From Escherichia coli (GTDB lineage: Bacteria > Pseudomonadota > Gammaproteobacteria > Enterobacterales > Enterobacteriaceae): a stretch of DNA of 64,000 bases. The stretch lies in assembly GCF_050920415.1 (NCBI RefSeq), contig NZ_CP169309.1. One strand, written 5' to 3'. Positions 14,382-27,836 of this stretch are shown here, in pieces (position 1 is the stretch's first letter; each line of letters starts with the position of its first letter). The position numbers and the translations under genes were made by a program. Below the pieces are notes generated by a model, which had not been told where the DNA came from, ran no database searches, and worked only from the letters and a program-made list of their open reading frames with translations.

Positions 14382-17300
14382 GTGCGCCTGATTATCACTT
14401 TTCTGATGGCCTGGTGCCTCAGTTGGGGGGCGTACGCCGCGACGGCCCCCGATAGTAAACAAATCACCCAGGAACTGGAGCAGGCAAAAGCGGCGAAACC
14501 CGCGCAGCCGGAAGTCGTAGAGGCACTCCAGTCCGCCTTAAATGCGCTTGAGGAACGAAAAGGTTCCCTTGAGCGCATCAAGCAATATCAAGAAGTCATT
14601 GATAATTACCCGAAACTTTCCGCTACTCTGCGCGCGCAATTAAACAACATGCGTGACGAGCCGCGCAGCGTATCGCCGGGAATGTCTACCGACGCGCTGA
14701 ATCAGGAAATTCTCCAGGTCAGCAGCCAGTTGCTGGATAAGAGCCGTCAGGCCCAGCAGGAACAGGAACGTGCCCGCGAGATTGCCGATTCGCTGAATCA
14801 ATTACCGCAACAGCAAACCGACGCTCGCCGTCAGTTGAATGAAATCGAGCGGCGGCTGGGAACACTTACCGGCAATACCCCGCTTAATCAGGCACAAAAT
14901 TTCGCGTTGCAATCTGACTCTGCACGACTGAAGGCGCTCGTTGATGAACTGGAATTGGCGCAGCTGTCTGCCAATAACCGCCAGGAATTAGCGCGTTTAC
15001 GCTCAGAGCTGGCGGAAAAAGAGAGCCAGCAGCTGGATGCATATTTGCAGGCCTTGCGTAATCAGTTGAACAGCCAACGTCAGCTTGAGGCGGAGCGGGC
15101 GCTGGAAAGCACCGAACTTCTGGCGGAAAACAGTGCCGATTTGCCGAAAGATATCGTCGCGCAATTCAAAATTAACCGCGAGCTGTCGGCGGCGTTGAAT
15201 CAACAGGCGCAGCGGATGGATCTCGTTGCCTCGCAACAGCGTCAGGCTGCCAGCCAGACGTTACAGGTCCGGCAGGCGTTGAATACGCTGCGTGAACAAT
15301 CACAATGGCTGGGATCGTCCAACCTACTCGGTGAAGCGTTGCGGGCGCAGGTGGCACGGCTGCCGGAAATGCCAAAACCACAACAGCTTGATACCGAAAT
15401 GGCGCAGTTGCGTGTGCAACGGTTACGTTATGAGGATCTGCTCAATAAACAGCCGCTGCTACGGCAAATCCATCAGGCAGACGGTCAGCCGCTGACCGCC
15501 GAGCAAAACCGTATTCTGGAAGCACAGCTACGCACTCAGCGTGAGTTGCTGAACTCATTGTTGCAGGGTGGTGACACGTTACTGCTGGAGCTGACCAAGT
15601 TGAAAGTCTCCAACGGGCAACTGGAAGATGCGCTGAAAGAAGTGAATGAAGCGACGCACCGCTACCTGTTCTGGACTTCTGACGTGCGCCCGATGACCAT
15701 CGCCTGGCCGCTGGAGATCGCTCAGGATCTGCGTCGTCTCATTTCGCTGGACACCTTCAGTCAGTTGGGCAAAGCCAGCGTAATGATGCTGACCAGCAAA
15801 GAGACGATTTTGCCGCTGTTTGGCGCGTTGATTCTGGTCGGTTGCAGTATTTACTCACGCCGCTATTTCACCCGTTTTCTTGAACGTTCGGCGGCGAAAG
15901 TCGGCAAAGTGACTCAGGATCACTTCTGGCTGACGTTGCGCACCCTTTTCTGGTCGATTCTCGTCGCATCACCGCTACCGGTGCTGTGGATGACGCTGGG
16001 TTACGGCTTGCGCGAGGCGTGGCCTTATCCGCTGGCGGTCGCAATTGGTGATGGCGTAACGGCCACCGTACCGCTGCTGTGGGTAGTGATGATTTGCGCC
16101 ACCTTTGCCCGTCCGAACGGCTTGTTTATCGCTCATTTCGGCTGGCCACGCGAACGGGTTTCCCGGGGGATGCGTTACTACCTGATGAGCATCGGGCTTA
16201 TTGTGCCGCTGATTATGGCGCTGATGATGTTCGATAACCTCGACGACCGTGAATTCTCCGGTTCGCTGGGACGGCTTTGTTTTATCCTCATTTGCGGTGC
16301 GCTGGCGGTGGTCACCCTCAGCCTGAAAAAGGCCGGCATTCCGTTGTATCTCAACAAAGAAGGCAGCGGCGACAACATTACCAACCATATGCTGTGGAAC
16401 ATGATGATTGGCGCGCCGTTGGTTGCCATTCTGGCGTCGGCGGTGGGTTATCTGGCAACGGCGCAGGCGCTGTTAGCGAGGCTTGAAACCTCGGTTGCCA
16501 TCTGGTTCCTGCTACTGGTGGTTTATCACGTTATCCGCCGCTGGATGCTGATCCAACGCCGCAGGCTGGCGTTTGACCGGGCGAAGCATCGCCGGGCAGA
16601 GATGTTAGCGCAGCGTGCGCGTGGCGAAGAGGAAGCGCATCATCACAGTAGCCCGGAAGGGGCAATTGAAGTCGATGAAAGTGAAGTCGATCTCGATGCC
16701 ATCAGTGCACAATCCTTGCGGCTGGTGCGCTCAATCCTGATGTTGATCGCCCTACTTTCAGTCATTGTGCTGTGGTCAGAAATCCATTCCGCTTTCGGCT
16801 TCCTCGAAAATATTTCGCTGTGGGATGTCACTTCCACGGTACAGGGCGTGGAAAGCCTGGAGCCGATTACCCTCGGTGCGGTGCTAATTGCCATTCTGGT
16901 GTTTATCATCACCACGCAGCTGGTGCGCAACCTGCCCGCGCTGCTGGAACTGGCGATTTTGCAGCACCTCGATTTAACGCCGGGTACCGGCTACGCCATC
17001 ACCACCATCACCAAATATCTATTGATGCTGATTGGCGGGCTGGTAGGTTTCTCGATGATTGGTATTGAGTGGTCGAAATTACAGTGGCTGGTCGCCGCGC
17101 TCGGTGTTGGTCTGGGCTTTGGTTTGCAGGAAATTTTCGCCAACTTTATCTCTGGCCTGATCATCCTGTTCGAAAAACCGATTCGCATTGGCGATACGGT
17201 GACGATCCGCGATCTCACCGGTAGTGTGACGAAAATTAACACCCGCGCCACCACCATCAGCGACTGGGACCGCAAAGAAATTATCGTGCCGAACAAGGCG

Positions 17301-17705
17301 TTTATTACCGAGCAGTTTATCAACTGGTCGCTCTCTGACTCGGTCACGCGCGTGGTGTTGACGATTCCGGCCCCTGCCGATGCCAACAGTGAAGAAGTGA
17401 CGGAAATCCTGCTCACCGCAGCGCGTCGCTGCTCGCTGGTGATCGACAACCCGGCGCCGGAAGTCTTCCTGGTGGATCTGCAGCAGGGGATTCAGATTTT
17501 CGAGCTGCGTATTTACGCCGCTGAGATGGGTCACCGTATGCCGCTACGCCATGAGATCCACCAGCTGATTCTGGCTGGCTTCCACGCCCACGGTATCGAT
17601 ATGCCATTCCCGCCCTTCCAGATGCGTCTGGAAAGCCTCAACGGTAAACAAACGGGGAGAACATTAACTTCTGCGGGCAAAGGTCGTCAGGCAGGAAGTT
17701 TGTAA
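14382..17705 (+). CDS. mscM: Miniconductance mechanosensitive channel MscM (YjeP)
   Basis: 1107-aa ORF, GTG start, signal peptide, long coiled-coil periplasmic region, MscS-like C-terminal domain. Confidence 0.92.
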   Translation: MRLIITFLMAWCLSWGAYAATAPDSKQITQELEQAKAAKPAQPEVVEALQSALNALEERKGSLERIKQYQEVIDNYPKLSATLRAQLNNMRDEPRSVSPGMSTDALNQEILQVSSQLLDKSRQAQQEQERAREIADSLNQLPQQQTDARRQLNEIERRLGTLTGNTPLNQAQNFALQSDSARLKALVDELELAQLSANNRQELARLRSELAEKESQQLDAYLQALRNQLNSQRQLEAERALESTELLAENSADLPKDIVAQFKINRELSAALNQQAQRMDLVASQQRQAASQTLQVRQALNTLREQSQWLGSSNLLGEALRAQVARLPEMPKPQQLDTEMAQLRVQRLRYEDLLNKQPLLRQIHQADGQPLTAEQNRILEAQLRTQRELLNSLLQGGDTLLLELTKLKVSNGQLEDALKEVNEATHRYLFWTSDVRPMTIAWPLEIAQDLRRLISLDTFSQLGKASVMMLTSKETILPLFGALILVGCSIYSRRYFTRFLERSAAKVGKVTQDHFWLTLRTLFWSILVASPLPVLWMTLGYGLREAWPYPLAVAIGDGVTATVPLLWVVMICATFARPNGLFIAHFGWPRERVSRGMRYYLMSIGLIVPLIMALMMFDNLDDREFSGSLGRLCFILICGALAVVTLSLKKAGIPLYLNKEGSGDNITNHMLWNMMIGAPLVAILASAVGYLATAQALLARLETSVAIWFLLLVVYHVIRRWMLIQRRRLAFDRAKHRRAEMLAQRARGEEEAHHHSSPEGAIEVDESEVDLDAISAQSLRLVRSILMLIALLSVIVLWSEIHSAFGFLENISLWDVTSTVQGVESLEPITLGAVLIAILVFIITTQLVRNLPALLELAILQHLDLTPGTGYAITTITKYLLMLIGGLVGFSMIGIEWSKLQWLVAALGVGLGFGLQEIFANFISGLIILFEKPIRIGDTVTIRDLTGSVTKINTRATTISDWDRKEIIVPNKAFITEQFINWSLSDSVTRVVLTIPAPADANSEEVTEILLTAARRCSLVIDNPAPEVFLVDLQQGIQIFELRIYAAEMGHRMPLRHEIHQLILAGFHAHGIDMPFPPFQMRLESLNGKQTGRTLTSAGKGRQAGSL

Positions 17706-17735
17706 GGTCTTTGTGGCCGGATGAACCCATCCGGC

Positions 17736-18050
17736 TCACAAGCAAAACTGATAGCGCAGAAAAAACTGCCACAACCAGTAGCCGAAAATAGCCAGGGCGG
17801 TGGCGTACATAAACCAGCCGCGTTTTTTTCGCCACAAAGCGAACCAGAGAAAAGGGAAAAAGAGCGGTAACGTCATTATCACACCGACATCGCGAGTATC
17901 GTCATCTTCGAGATACATCAAAACATCACAGACGTTGTTAATCCCGCGTCCATCAATCATCCACTCTTTGTCCAGCGCGGAGGTAATGGTTATCCAGAGG
18001 AACGCCACAATGAACCAGATGCAGCACAAGACAAACATGCGCGCACTCAT
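17736..18050 (-). CDS. yjeO: Small inner membrane protein YjeO
   Basis: 104-aa hydrophobic ORF at the expected position between mscM and yjeM. Confidence 0.7.
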   Translation of the reverse strand: MSARMFVLCCIWFIVAFLWITITSALDKEWMIDGRGINNVCDVLMYLEDDDTRDVGVIMTLPLFFPFLWFALWRKKRGWFMYATALAIFGYWLWQFFLRYQFCL

Positions 18051-18147
18051 GAGATAATCGGTCGCTTAATTTCGCTATAGCGCATACGAAATCCCGCTAA
18101 TTCCCTGTCATTGCGCCCTATCGTCAGGCAGACGATAGGGCATCGGG

Positions 18148-19650
18148 TTATTCCACCGCCCACTGCGGATTTTTTGCCACTCTGCTGCAATAGTTCTGGT
18201 AAATCGCCATCGCTAACAGCGAGAAGAAGACAGGGCCGCCAATCATCCACAATGTGCTGTCCCAGTCTCCGGCTTCAACCACAGGTTGAATGATGGTGAA
18301 GACGTTCGCAAATGTCACCACCAGTACGACAACCACTGTCGCAATCATTGCCGACATATGTGTTTTGAAAATCACAAACGGTCTGTCGAGATCCTGACGT
18401 GCTTTAAAGAACGGGAAAGCCAGTGCAAGGAACAGGTAAGGAAGCGTCATAGACACGTTCGCCATCAGCGTTAGCTTGTTAAAGAATGCCGATGCGGTGC
18501 CACCACCAAACGAAACCAGCAGGATGAAGACAGTAACCAACCCGCACTGCATCCACATGGCGATAGACGGCATGCCCATCGCATTCAGCCGCGTCATCGG
18601 TTCCGGCCACAACGCTTTCGGCGTCCCCTGGATGATAGCTTTCAACGGTGAATAGCAAAGCGTAAAGAACGCGCCAGTGTAAGCGAGGAACATCGAAAGC
18701 CCGGTAATACGCGCAAACCATACACCCAGCGACAATGACGCTTCAGGTGACAAATGCAGTGCGTTACCCAGCGTCAACCCGAGGCTCTTCATCAGCACAT
18801 AGGTAATATTGCCAAGGTTAACGGAACCATTACTTAATACCTGCTGCCAGTTTGTGCTGACGCCCCATAAAAATATTGCCAGCGAATAACCGATTGAAAT
18901 AACAATAGCGGCAAAAACAATACCTTTGGCAAAGTTCTTTTCTGGATTTTCCGTTTTATCGACCAGACCACCAACCGCTTCAATTCCGCCATAGGCAAAA
19001 ATAGCAAATACCACAAACGATAGCATTGCCAGACCGGACTGATAACCTGGATTCGGTGATGTCAGGAAATTAATATCCTGCGCGAAATGCCCACCATTTA
19101 ATAACAAAATAGTAATGCTTACTAACAGCAATACTAAATTAAGACACATTACTGCAATACCGCCCACCGCAGTAATACGGGCAATTTTATTAATCCCTTT
19201 TGAAGCAACGACGGTGACCAGAATCATCCATGCCACTGCCAGCAGACCAACCACCTGCGTAGGTTCCAGTCCGGCAATACGCCAGTGCTGGGTCATGTCG
19301 CTACCGTAGAGAAATGTTGAGAACGGTACCCAAACTTTCGCGGAGGTGCTCACCATCCAGATGATATAAGAGGAAAACCACATAAACGTACCAATGAAGG
19401 CAAAACGTGGTCCGACACTATTATTCATCCAGGAATAGATACCGCCTTCTTCTTTGCGATACGCAGCGCCCATTTCAGCCATCATTAAGGCGAATGGAAT
19501 AAAGAATAACAATGCAGAAAATATATAAAAGGGAATCGCACTATAACCCATTAAGTAATAAGCCGATGGGCTATTGGCAAATCCAAATACAGAAGTAAAG
19601 ATCATCAATATGAGCCCTATCAGACTCATCTTTTTTATCGTGTGAGGCAT
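18148..19650 (-). CDS. yjeM: Putative amino acid/polyamine (APC family) transporter YjeM
   Basis: ORF-track 505 aa; start set at MPHTIKKMSLIG...; multi-TM permease. Confidence 0.85.
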   Translation of the reverse strand: MPHTIKKMSLIGLILMIFTSVFGFANSPSAYYLMGYSAIPFYIFSALLFFIPFALMMAEMGAAYRKEEGGIYSWMNNSVGPRFAFIGTFMWFSSYIIWMVSTSAKVWVPFSTFLYGSDMTQHWRIAGLEPTQVVGLLAVAWMILVTVVASKGINKIARITAVGGIAVMCLNLVLLLVSITILLLNGGHFAQDINFLTSPNPGYQSGLAMLSFVVFAIFAYGGIEAVGGLVDKTENPEKNFAKGIVFAAIVISIGYSLAIFLWGVSTNWQQVLSNGSVNLGNITYVLMKSLGLTLGNALHLSPEASLSLGVWFARITGLSMFLAYTGAFFTLCYSPLKAIIQGTPKALWPEPMTRLNAMGMPSIAMWMQCGLVTVFILLVSFGGGTASAFFNKLTLMANVSMTLPYLFLALAFPFFKARQDLDRPFVIFKTHMSAMIATVVVVLVVTFANVFTIIQPVVEAGDWDSTLWMIGGPVFFSLLAMAIYQNYCSRVAKNPQWAVE

Positions 19651-19869
19651 GAAACCATCCTTCATTTCAGCGCGTGTCTAAAACGCGCCCACTGAACTGC
19701 ACTACCCTATCATTGAGTGGGCAGCGTAAAAACCAATACAGAATTGATACCTGGATGATATCAAATATCCAGTCTTAAATTGTGGCCTTTAGCGGAAAAA
19801 TGAAAACATATGCTACAGAATGGCGCTCATCACGCCATTCTTCGCGGTTAATTCAGTAATTTTTCAGAA

Positions 19870-20847
19870 TTATGCCCGGTCAACGCTAAAGGCGATGACT
19901 TCAGCCAGTGTCTCCGCACCCAGCGCCAACATCACCAGACGATCAACGCCTAATGCCACGCCGGAACAGTCAGGCATACCGACTTTCAAGGCTTCAATAA
20001 GATTCTCGTCAATGGGGTGCTGCGGCAAACCGCGCGCCGCGCGCTTACGGTTATCTTGTTCAAAACGTTGTTGCTGCTCACGGGCATCCGTCAATTCATG
20101 GAAACCATTCGCCAGCTCAATACCTTTATAATAAACCTCAAAGCGTTCAGCGACCCGATGATCTTCGGTACTGATTTGCGCCAGTGATGCCTGGCTGGCC
20201 GGAAAGTGGTACACAAAGGTCGGTTTTTCTTTGCCAATATTTGGCTCTACGCCAAAGGTAAACAGCAGTTGTAGCAGCGTGTCGCGGTCTTCTTCGGTAT
20301 CGGCAACGTTGCTCAAATCCAGTTTCGCTGCCACTTCCCGCAGTTGCGTTTTGTCGGCAGAGAGCGGGTCAATTTCCAGATAACGCAAGAAAGCTTGTTG
20401 ATAAGAAAGACTTTCTGCTGCCGGGCAGTCCAGCACCTGTTGCAAGAGATCGTCCACCTCGTTCATCAACCGGTACATATCATAGTGCGGTCGATACCAC
20501 TCAAGCATAGTGAACTCAGGGTTGTGATAACGCCCCATCTCTTCATTACGGAAGCTGCGGCACAGCTGGAATACCGGCCCACAACCGGCAACCAGCAGGC
20601 GTTTCATGTGGTATTCCGGGCTGGTCATTAACCAGAGATTCATCCCCTGCGAATGCCCGGGGCCAACGAAACGCGTCTCAAACGGGACCAAATGAATATC
20701 GGTTACCGTCGCCTGGCTCATACAAGGCGTCTCCACCTCCAGCACTCCACGATCGGCAAAGAAACGACGGATCTCCGCCATAATCGCCGCGCGTTTTAAT
20801 AAGTTAGGAATGGATGCGCTCGGCTGCCAGGATGCCGTTTCGCTCAT
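19870..20847 (-). CDS. epmA: EF-P lysine-lysyltransferase EpmA (PoxA/GenX)
   Basis: ORF-track 340 aa; start set at [12 protein letters not shown]...; class II aaRS-like fold without anticodon-binding domain. Confidence 0.92.
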   Translation of the reverse strand: MSETASWQPSASIPNLLKRAAIMAEIRRFFADRGVLEVETPCMSQATVTDIHLVPFETRFVGPGHSQGMNLWLMTSPEYHMKRLLVAGCGPVFQLCRSFRNEEMGRYHNPEFTMLEWYRPHYDMYRLMNEVDDLLQQVLDCPAAESLSYQQAFLRYLEIDPLSADKTQLREVAAKLDLSNVADTEEDRDTLLQLLFTFGVEPNIGKEKPTFVYHFPASQASLAQISTEDHRVAERFEVYYKGIELANGFHELTDAREQQQRFEQDNRKRAARGLPQHPIDENLIEALKVGMPDCSGVALGVDRLVMLALGAETLAEVIAFSVDRA

Positions 20848-21025
20848 AGTTAAATCTCCATTTTTTGACAAGGGCACGAAGTCTACTCGCAACGCGGCGG
20901 CAAGACAAATTTTACGCAGGTATCAATCAACGGTGGGCGGTGACTAAAAAAAGCACGATCTGATGGTTTAGTAATTAAATTAATCATCTTCAGTGATAAT
21001 TTAGCCCTCTTGCGCACTAAAAAAA

Positions 21026-21039
21026 TCGATCTCGTCAAA
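21026..21039 (+). promoter_or_regulatory. FNR-box-like site in the frdA promoter region
   Basis: TCGAT-N4-TCAAA about 135 bp upstream of the frdA GTG start, close to the FNR consensus TTGAT-N4-ATCAA. Confidence 0.5.
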
Positions 21040-21171
21040 TTTCAGACTTATCCATCAGACTATACTGTTGTACCTATAAAGGAGCAGTGGAATAGCGTTC
21101 GCAGACCGTAACTTTCAGGCACTTACCCTGAAGTACGGGGCTGTGGGATAAAAACAATCTGGAGGAATGTC

Positions 21172-22972
21172 GTGCAAACCTTTCAAGCCGATCTTGCCAT
21201 TGTAGGCGCCGGTGGCGCGGGATTACGTGCTGCAATTGCTGCCGCGCAGGCAAATCCAAATGCAAAAATCGCACTAATCTCAAAAGTATACCCTATGCGT
21301 AGCCATACCGTTGCTGCAGAAGGGGGCTCCGCCGCTGTCGCGCAGGATCATGACAGCTTCGAATATCACTTTCACGATACAGTAGCGGGTGGCGACTGGT
21401 TGTGTGAGCAGGATGTCGTGGATTATTTCGTCCACCACTGCCCAACCGAAATGACCCAACTGGAACTGTGGGGATGCCCATGGAGCCGTCGCCCGGATGG
21501 TAGCGTCAACGTACGTCGCTTCGGCGGCATGAAAATCGAGCGTACCTGGTTCGCCGCCGATAAGACCGGCTTCCATATGCTGCACACGCTGTTCCAGACC
21601 TCTCTGCAATTCCCGCAGATCCAGCGTTTTGACGAACATTTCGTGCTGGATATTCTGGTTGATGATGGTCATGTTCGCGGCCTGGTAGCAATGAACATGA
21701 TGGAAGGCACGCTGGTGCAGATCCGTGCTAACGCGGTCGTTATGGCTACCGGCGGTGCAGGTCGCGTTTATCGTTACAACACCAACGGCGGCATCGTTAC
21801 CGGTGACGGTATGGGTATGGCGCTAAGCCACGGCGTTCCGCTGCGTGACATGGAATTCGTTCAATATCACCCAACTGGTCTGCCAGGTTCCGGTATCCTG
21901 ATGACCGAAGGCTGCCGCGGTGAAGGCGGTATTCTGGTCAACAAAAATGGCTACCGTTATCTGCAAGATTACGGCATGGGTCCGGAAACTCCACTGGGCG
22001 AGCCGAAAAACAAATATATGGAACTGGGTCCACGCGACAAAGTTTCTCAGGCCTTCTGGCACGAATGGCGTAAAGGCAACACCATCTCCACACCGCGTGG
22101 CGATGTGGTTTATCTCGACCTGCGTCACCTCGGCGAGAAAAAACTGCATGAACGTCTGCCGTTCATCTGCGAACTGGCGAAAGCGTACGTTGGCGTCGAT
22201 CCGGTTAAAGAACCGATTCCAGTACGTCCGACCGCACACTACACCATGGGCGGTATCGAAACCGATCAGAACTGTGAAACCCGCATTAAAGGTCTGTTCG
22301 CCGTGGGTGAATGTTCCTCTGTTGGTCTGCACGGCGCAAACCGTCTGGGCTCCAACTCCCTGGCGGAACTGGTGGTCTTCGGTCGTCTGGCCGGTGAACA
22401 AGCGACAGAACGTGCAGCAACTGCCGGTAATGGCAACGAAGCGGCAATTGAAGCGCAGGCAGCTGGCGTTGAACAACGTCTGAAAGATCTGGTTAACCAG
22501 GATGGCGGCGAAAACTGGGCGAAGATCCGCGACGAAATGGGCCTGGCAATGGAAGAAGGTTGCGGTATCTACCGTACGCCGGAACTGATGCAGAAAACCA
22601 TCGACAAGCTGGCTGAGCTACAGGAACGCTTCAAGCGCGTGCGCATCACCGACACCTCCAGCGTGTTCAACACCGACCTGCTCTACACCATTGAACTGGG
22701 CCACGGTCTGAACGTTGCTGAATGTATGGCGCACTCTGCAATGGCACGTAAAGAGTCTCGCGGCGCGCACCAGCGCCTGGACGAAGGTTGCACCGAGCGT
22801 GACGACGTCAACTTCCTCAAACACACCCTCGCCTTCCGCGATGCTGATGGCACTACTCGCCTGGAGTACAGCGACGTGAAGATTACTACGCTGCCGCCAG
22901 CTAAACGCGTTTACGGTGGCGAAGCGGATGCAGCCGATAAGGCGGAAGCAGCCAATAAGAAGGAGAAGGCGA

Positions 22973-22980
<8 letters not shown>
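21172..22980 (+). CDS. frdA: Fumarate reductase flavoprotein subunit
   Basis: 602-aa ORF, GTG start, FAD-binding [10 protein letters not shown] motif. Confidence 0.96.
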
Positions 22981-24113
<1,133 letters not shown>

Positions 24114-24123
24114 GGAGCCTGAG

Positions 24124-25679
<1,556 letters not shown>

Positions 25680-25687
25680 AATTTCAT

Positions 25688-25712
25688 CGGGTCCGAATTT
25701 TCGGACATTTTT
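25688..25712 (+). terminator. Rho-independent terminator after ampC
   Basis: Hairpin GTCCGA-ATTT-TCGGAC followed by a T-run. Confidence 0.5.
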
Positions 25713-25768
25713 CTCCGCTTTTCCTTGCTGTCATCTACACTTAGAAAAAAACCAGTAAGGAAACATTT

Positions 25769-26302
25769 ATGCGCCTGCTCCCTCTCGTTGCCGCAGCGAC
25801 AGCTGCATTCCTGGTCGTTGCCTGCAGTTCTCCTACGCCGCCGCGTGGCGTGACAGTAGTGAATAATTTCGACGCCAAACGTTATCTCGGTACCTGGTAT
25901 GAGATTGCCCGTTTTGATCACCGCTTTGAACGTGGACTGGAAAAAGTCACCGCAACATACAGTCTGCGGGATGATGGCGGCCTGAATGTCATTAATAAAG
26001 GCTATAATCCTGACAGAGAAATGTGGCAGCAGAGTGAAGGGAAAGCGTACTTTACCGGCGCACCAACTCGCGCTGCGCTGAAAGTGTCATTCTTTGGTCC
26101 TTTCTATGGCGGTTATAACGTTATTGCACTCGATCGGGAATACCGCCATGCGCTGGTTTGCGGCCCGGACCGCGACTACCTGTGGATACTCTCCCGCACG
26201 CCAACCATTTCTGACGAAGTGAAACAGGAAATGCTGGCAGTCGCGACCCGGGAAGGGTTTGATGTCAGTAAGTTTATTTGGGTACAGCAGCCCGGTAGTT
26301 AG
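25769..26302 (+). CDS. blc: Outer membrane lipoprotein Blc (bacterial lipocalin)
   Basis: 177-aa ORF with lipobox (VVACSS) and lipocalin motif GTWYEIA. Confidence 0.93.
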   Translation: MRLLPLVAAATAAFLVVACSSPTPPRGVTVVNNFDAKRYLGTWYEIARFDHRFERGLEKVTATYSLRDDGGLNVINKGYNPDREMWQQSEGKAYFTGAPTRAALKVSFFGPFYGGYNVIALDREYRHALVCGPDRDYLWILSRTPTISDEVKQEMLAVATREGFDVSKFIWVQQPGS

Positions 26303-26616
26303 TGAGTGCTGAGTTTCAGACCAATAATCCCCAATACGATTAACGCCAGGCTCGCCAGGCGCATCGGGTTAGCGGACTCACCGAGCAGCACAATACCGGT
26401 GATGGCCGCGCCGACTGCGCCAATACCCGTCCACACGGCATAAGCTGTCCCTACTGGTAACGATTTCATCGCCCAGGCAAGTAGCGCCATACTGACAATC
26501 ATCGCCGTCACGGTAATAACACTTGGCGTCAAACGACTAAAGCCGTGGGTATATTTCAGGCCAACGGCCCATACCACTTCCAGCAGGCCAGCAATAACTA
26601 AGATAATCCAGGACAT
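26299..26616 (-). CDS. gdx: Guanidinium exporter Gdx (SugE), SMR family
   Basis: ORF-track 126 aa; start set at [21 protein letters not shown]... (105 aa), four-TM SMR protein. Confidence 0.9.
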   Translation of the reverse strand: MSWIILVIAGLLEVVWAVGLKYTHGFSRLTPSVITVTAMIVSMALLAWAMKSLPVGTAYAVWTGIGAVGAAITGIVLLGESANPMRLASLALIVLGIIGLKLSTH

Positions 26617-26634
26617 ATCAGGCTCCGGAGAATT

Positions 26635-26680
26635 GGGGCCGTCCCCGGTGAAAAGAGGCGTTTGCAGGTCGTCCTGCAAA
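26635..26680 (-). promoter_or_regulatory. Guanidine-II riboswitch (mini-ykkC) in the gdx leader
   Basis: On the minus strand, two hairpins with ACGR tetraloops (GCAGG-ACGA-CCTGC and GGGG-ACGG-CCCC) about 15 nt apart, immediately upstream of the gdx SD/ATG. Confidence 0.6.
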
Positions 26681-26790
26681 GCTGATGGTTGAACGGGTAT
26701 TTTGCCAGGTGGCAGGGGAATTTCAACTATTACCTTAGTGACTATCGCAAAAAAACAAACGGCACGACACAGCTGTCGTACCGTTATTGC

Positions 26791-26937
26791 TTATTGCTGT
26801 GCTTTTGTTGCTGCACCAGAAATCGCGTTACCGCCATCAGAGATATCTTCACCAACGCCACGCGTGGTGTTGCAGGCAGTTAATACTGTTGAAAGCACCA
26901 GAACAGAAAAGATCGCTGCAATTGTCTTCTTCACCAT
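26791..26937 (-). CDS. ecnB: Entericidin B lipoprotein
   Basis: 48-aa [51 protein letters not shown]; below the ORF-track size cut-off; lipobox LTAC. Confidence 0.85.
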
Positions 26938-27047
26938 AACGTCTTCCTTTTAGGTAATGTTATTTATGTTTGCCTATAGCAAATTAATAATAGACAACAT
27001 CGCCAAAAATGATGGAAATCTGATGATTTTTCGGAAGAGAAGAAAAA

Positions 27048-27173
27048 TTAGCTGGCAGCGCGGGAGATGGAGTTGCCGAGATGTTTGATATCTTCGCCGA
27101 AACCGCGAGCGGTGTTACAGCCCGTGAGCAGCGTGCTGGCAAGCAAAACAAGAACGATAAGGCGTTTCATCAT
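27048..27173 (-). CDS. ecnA: Entericidin A lipoprotein
   Basis: 41-aa [44 protein letters not shown]; lipobox LTGC. Confidence 0.85.
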   Translation of the reverse strand: MMKRLIVLVLLASTLLTGCNTARGFGEDIKHLGNSISRAAS

Positions 27174-27228
27174 CTCTGACCAGAATAAGTGAGTGATGGT
27201 GCAGCCAACAGGCCGCACCAAAACCGCA

Positions 27229-27795
27229 TTACTTCACGCGAGAGACGTATTCACCAGAGCGGGTATCCACTTTGATGACTTCGCCGATCTGCACGAACAG
27301 CGGAACTTTAACCACAGCGCCAGTAGACAGGGTAGCCGGTTTGCCGCCAGTACCTGCGGTATCCCCTTTCAGGCCTGGATCGGTATCAACGATTTCCAGT
27401 TCAACAAAGTTCGGCGGAGTAACGGAGATCGGCTGACCATTCCACAGAGTTACGATACACTCTGCCTGATCCAGCAACCATTTAGCGTTGTCGCCAATTG
27501 CTTTTGCATCAGCAGACAGTTGCTCGAAAGTTTCGTTGTTCATGAAGTGCCAGAACTCACCGTCGTTGTACAGGTAAGTCAGGTTCATATCGACAACATC
27601 AGCGCCTTCAGCGGAATCAGTAGATTTGAAGGTTTTTTCTACGCGAGTACCGGTCAGCAGACGACGCAGTTTAACGCGAGCAAATGCCTGGCCTTTACCC
27701 GGTTTTACGAATTCACTCGCTTCAACCGCGTAAGGTTCGCCGTCTAACATGATTTTAAGACCAGCACGAAAATCGTTGCTATAGTACGTTGCCAT
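27229..27795 (-). CDS. efp: Elongation factor P
   Basis: 188-aa [50 protein letters not shown]... Confidence 0.96.
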
Positions 27796-27836
27796 AAGGC
27801 CCTCTGAAATTTGTTAATTGGTAGCTAAGCCACAAA

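Noticed and set aside
18047-18250. 67-aa minus-strand ORF between yjeO and yjeM (possible yjeN-like)
   Set aside because: Overlaps the yjeM 3' end; no recognisable features and I cannot match it confidently to a known small protein
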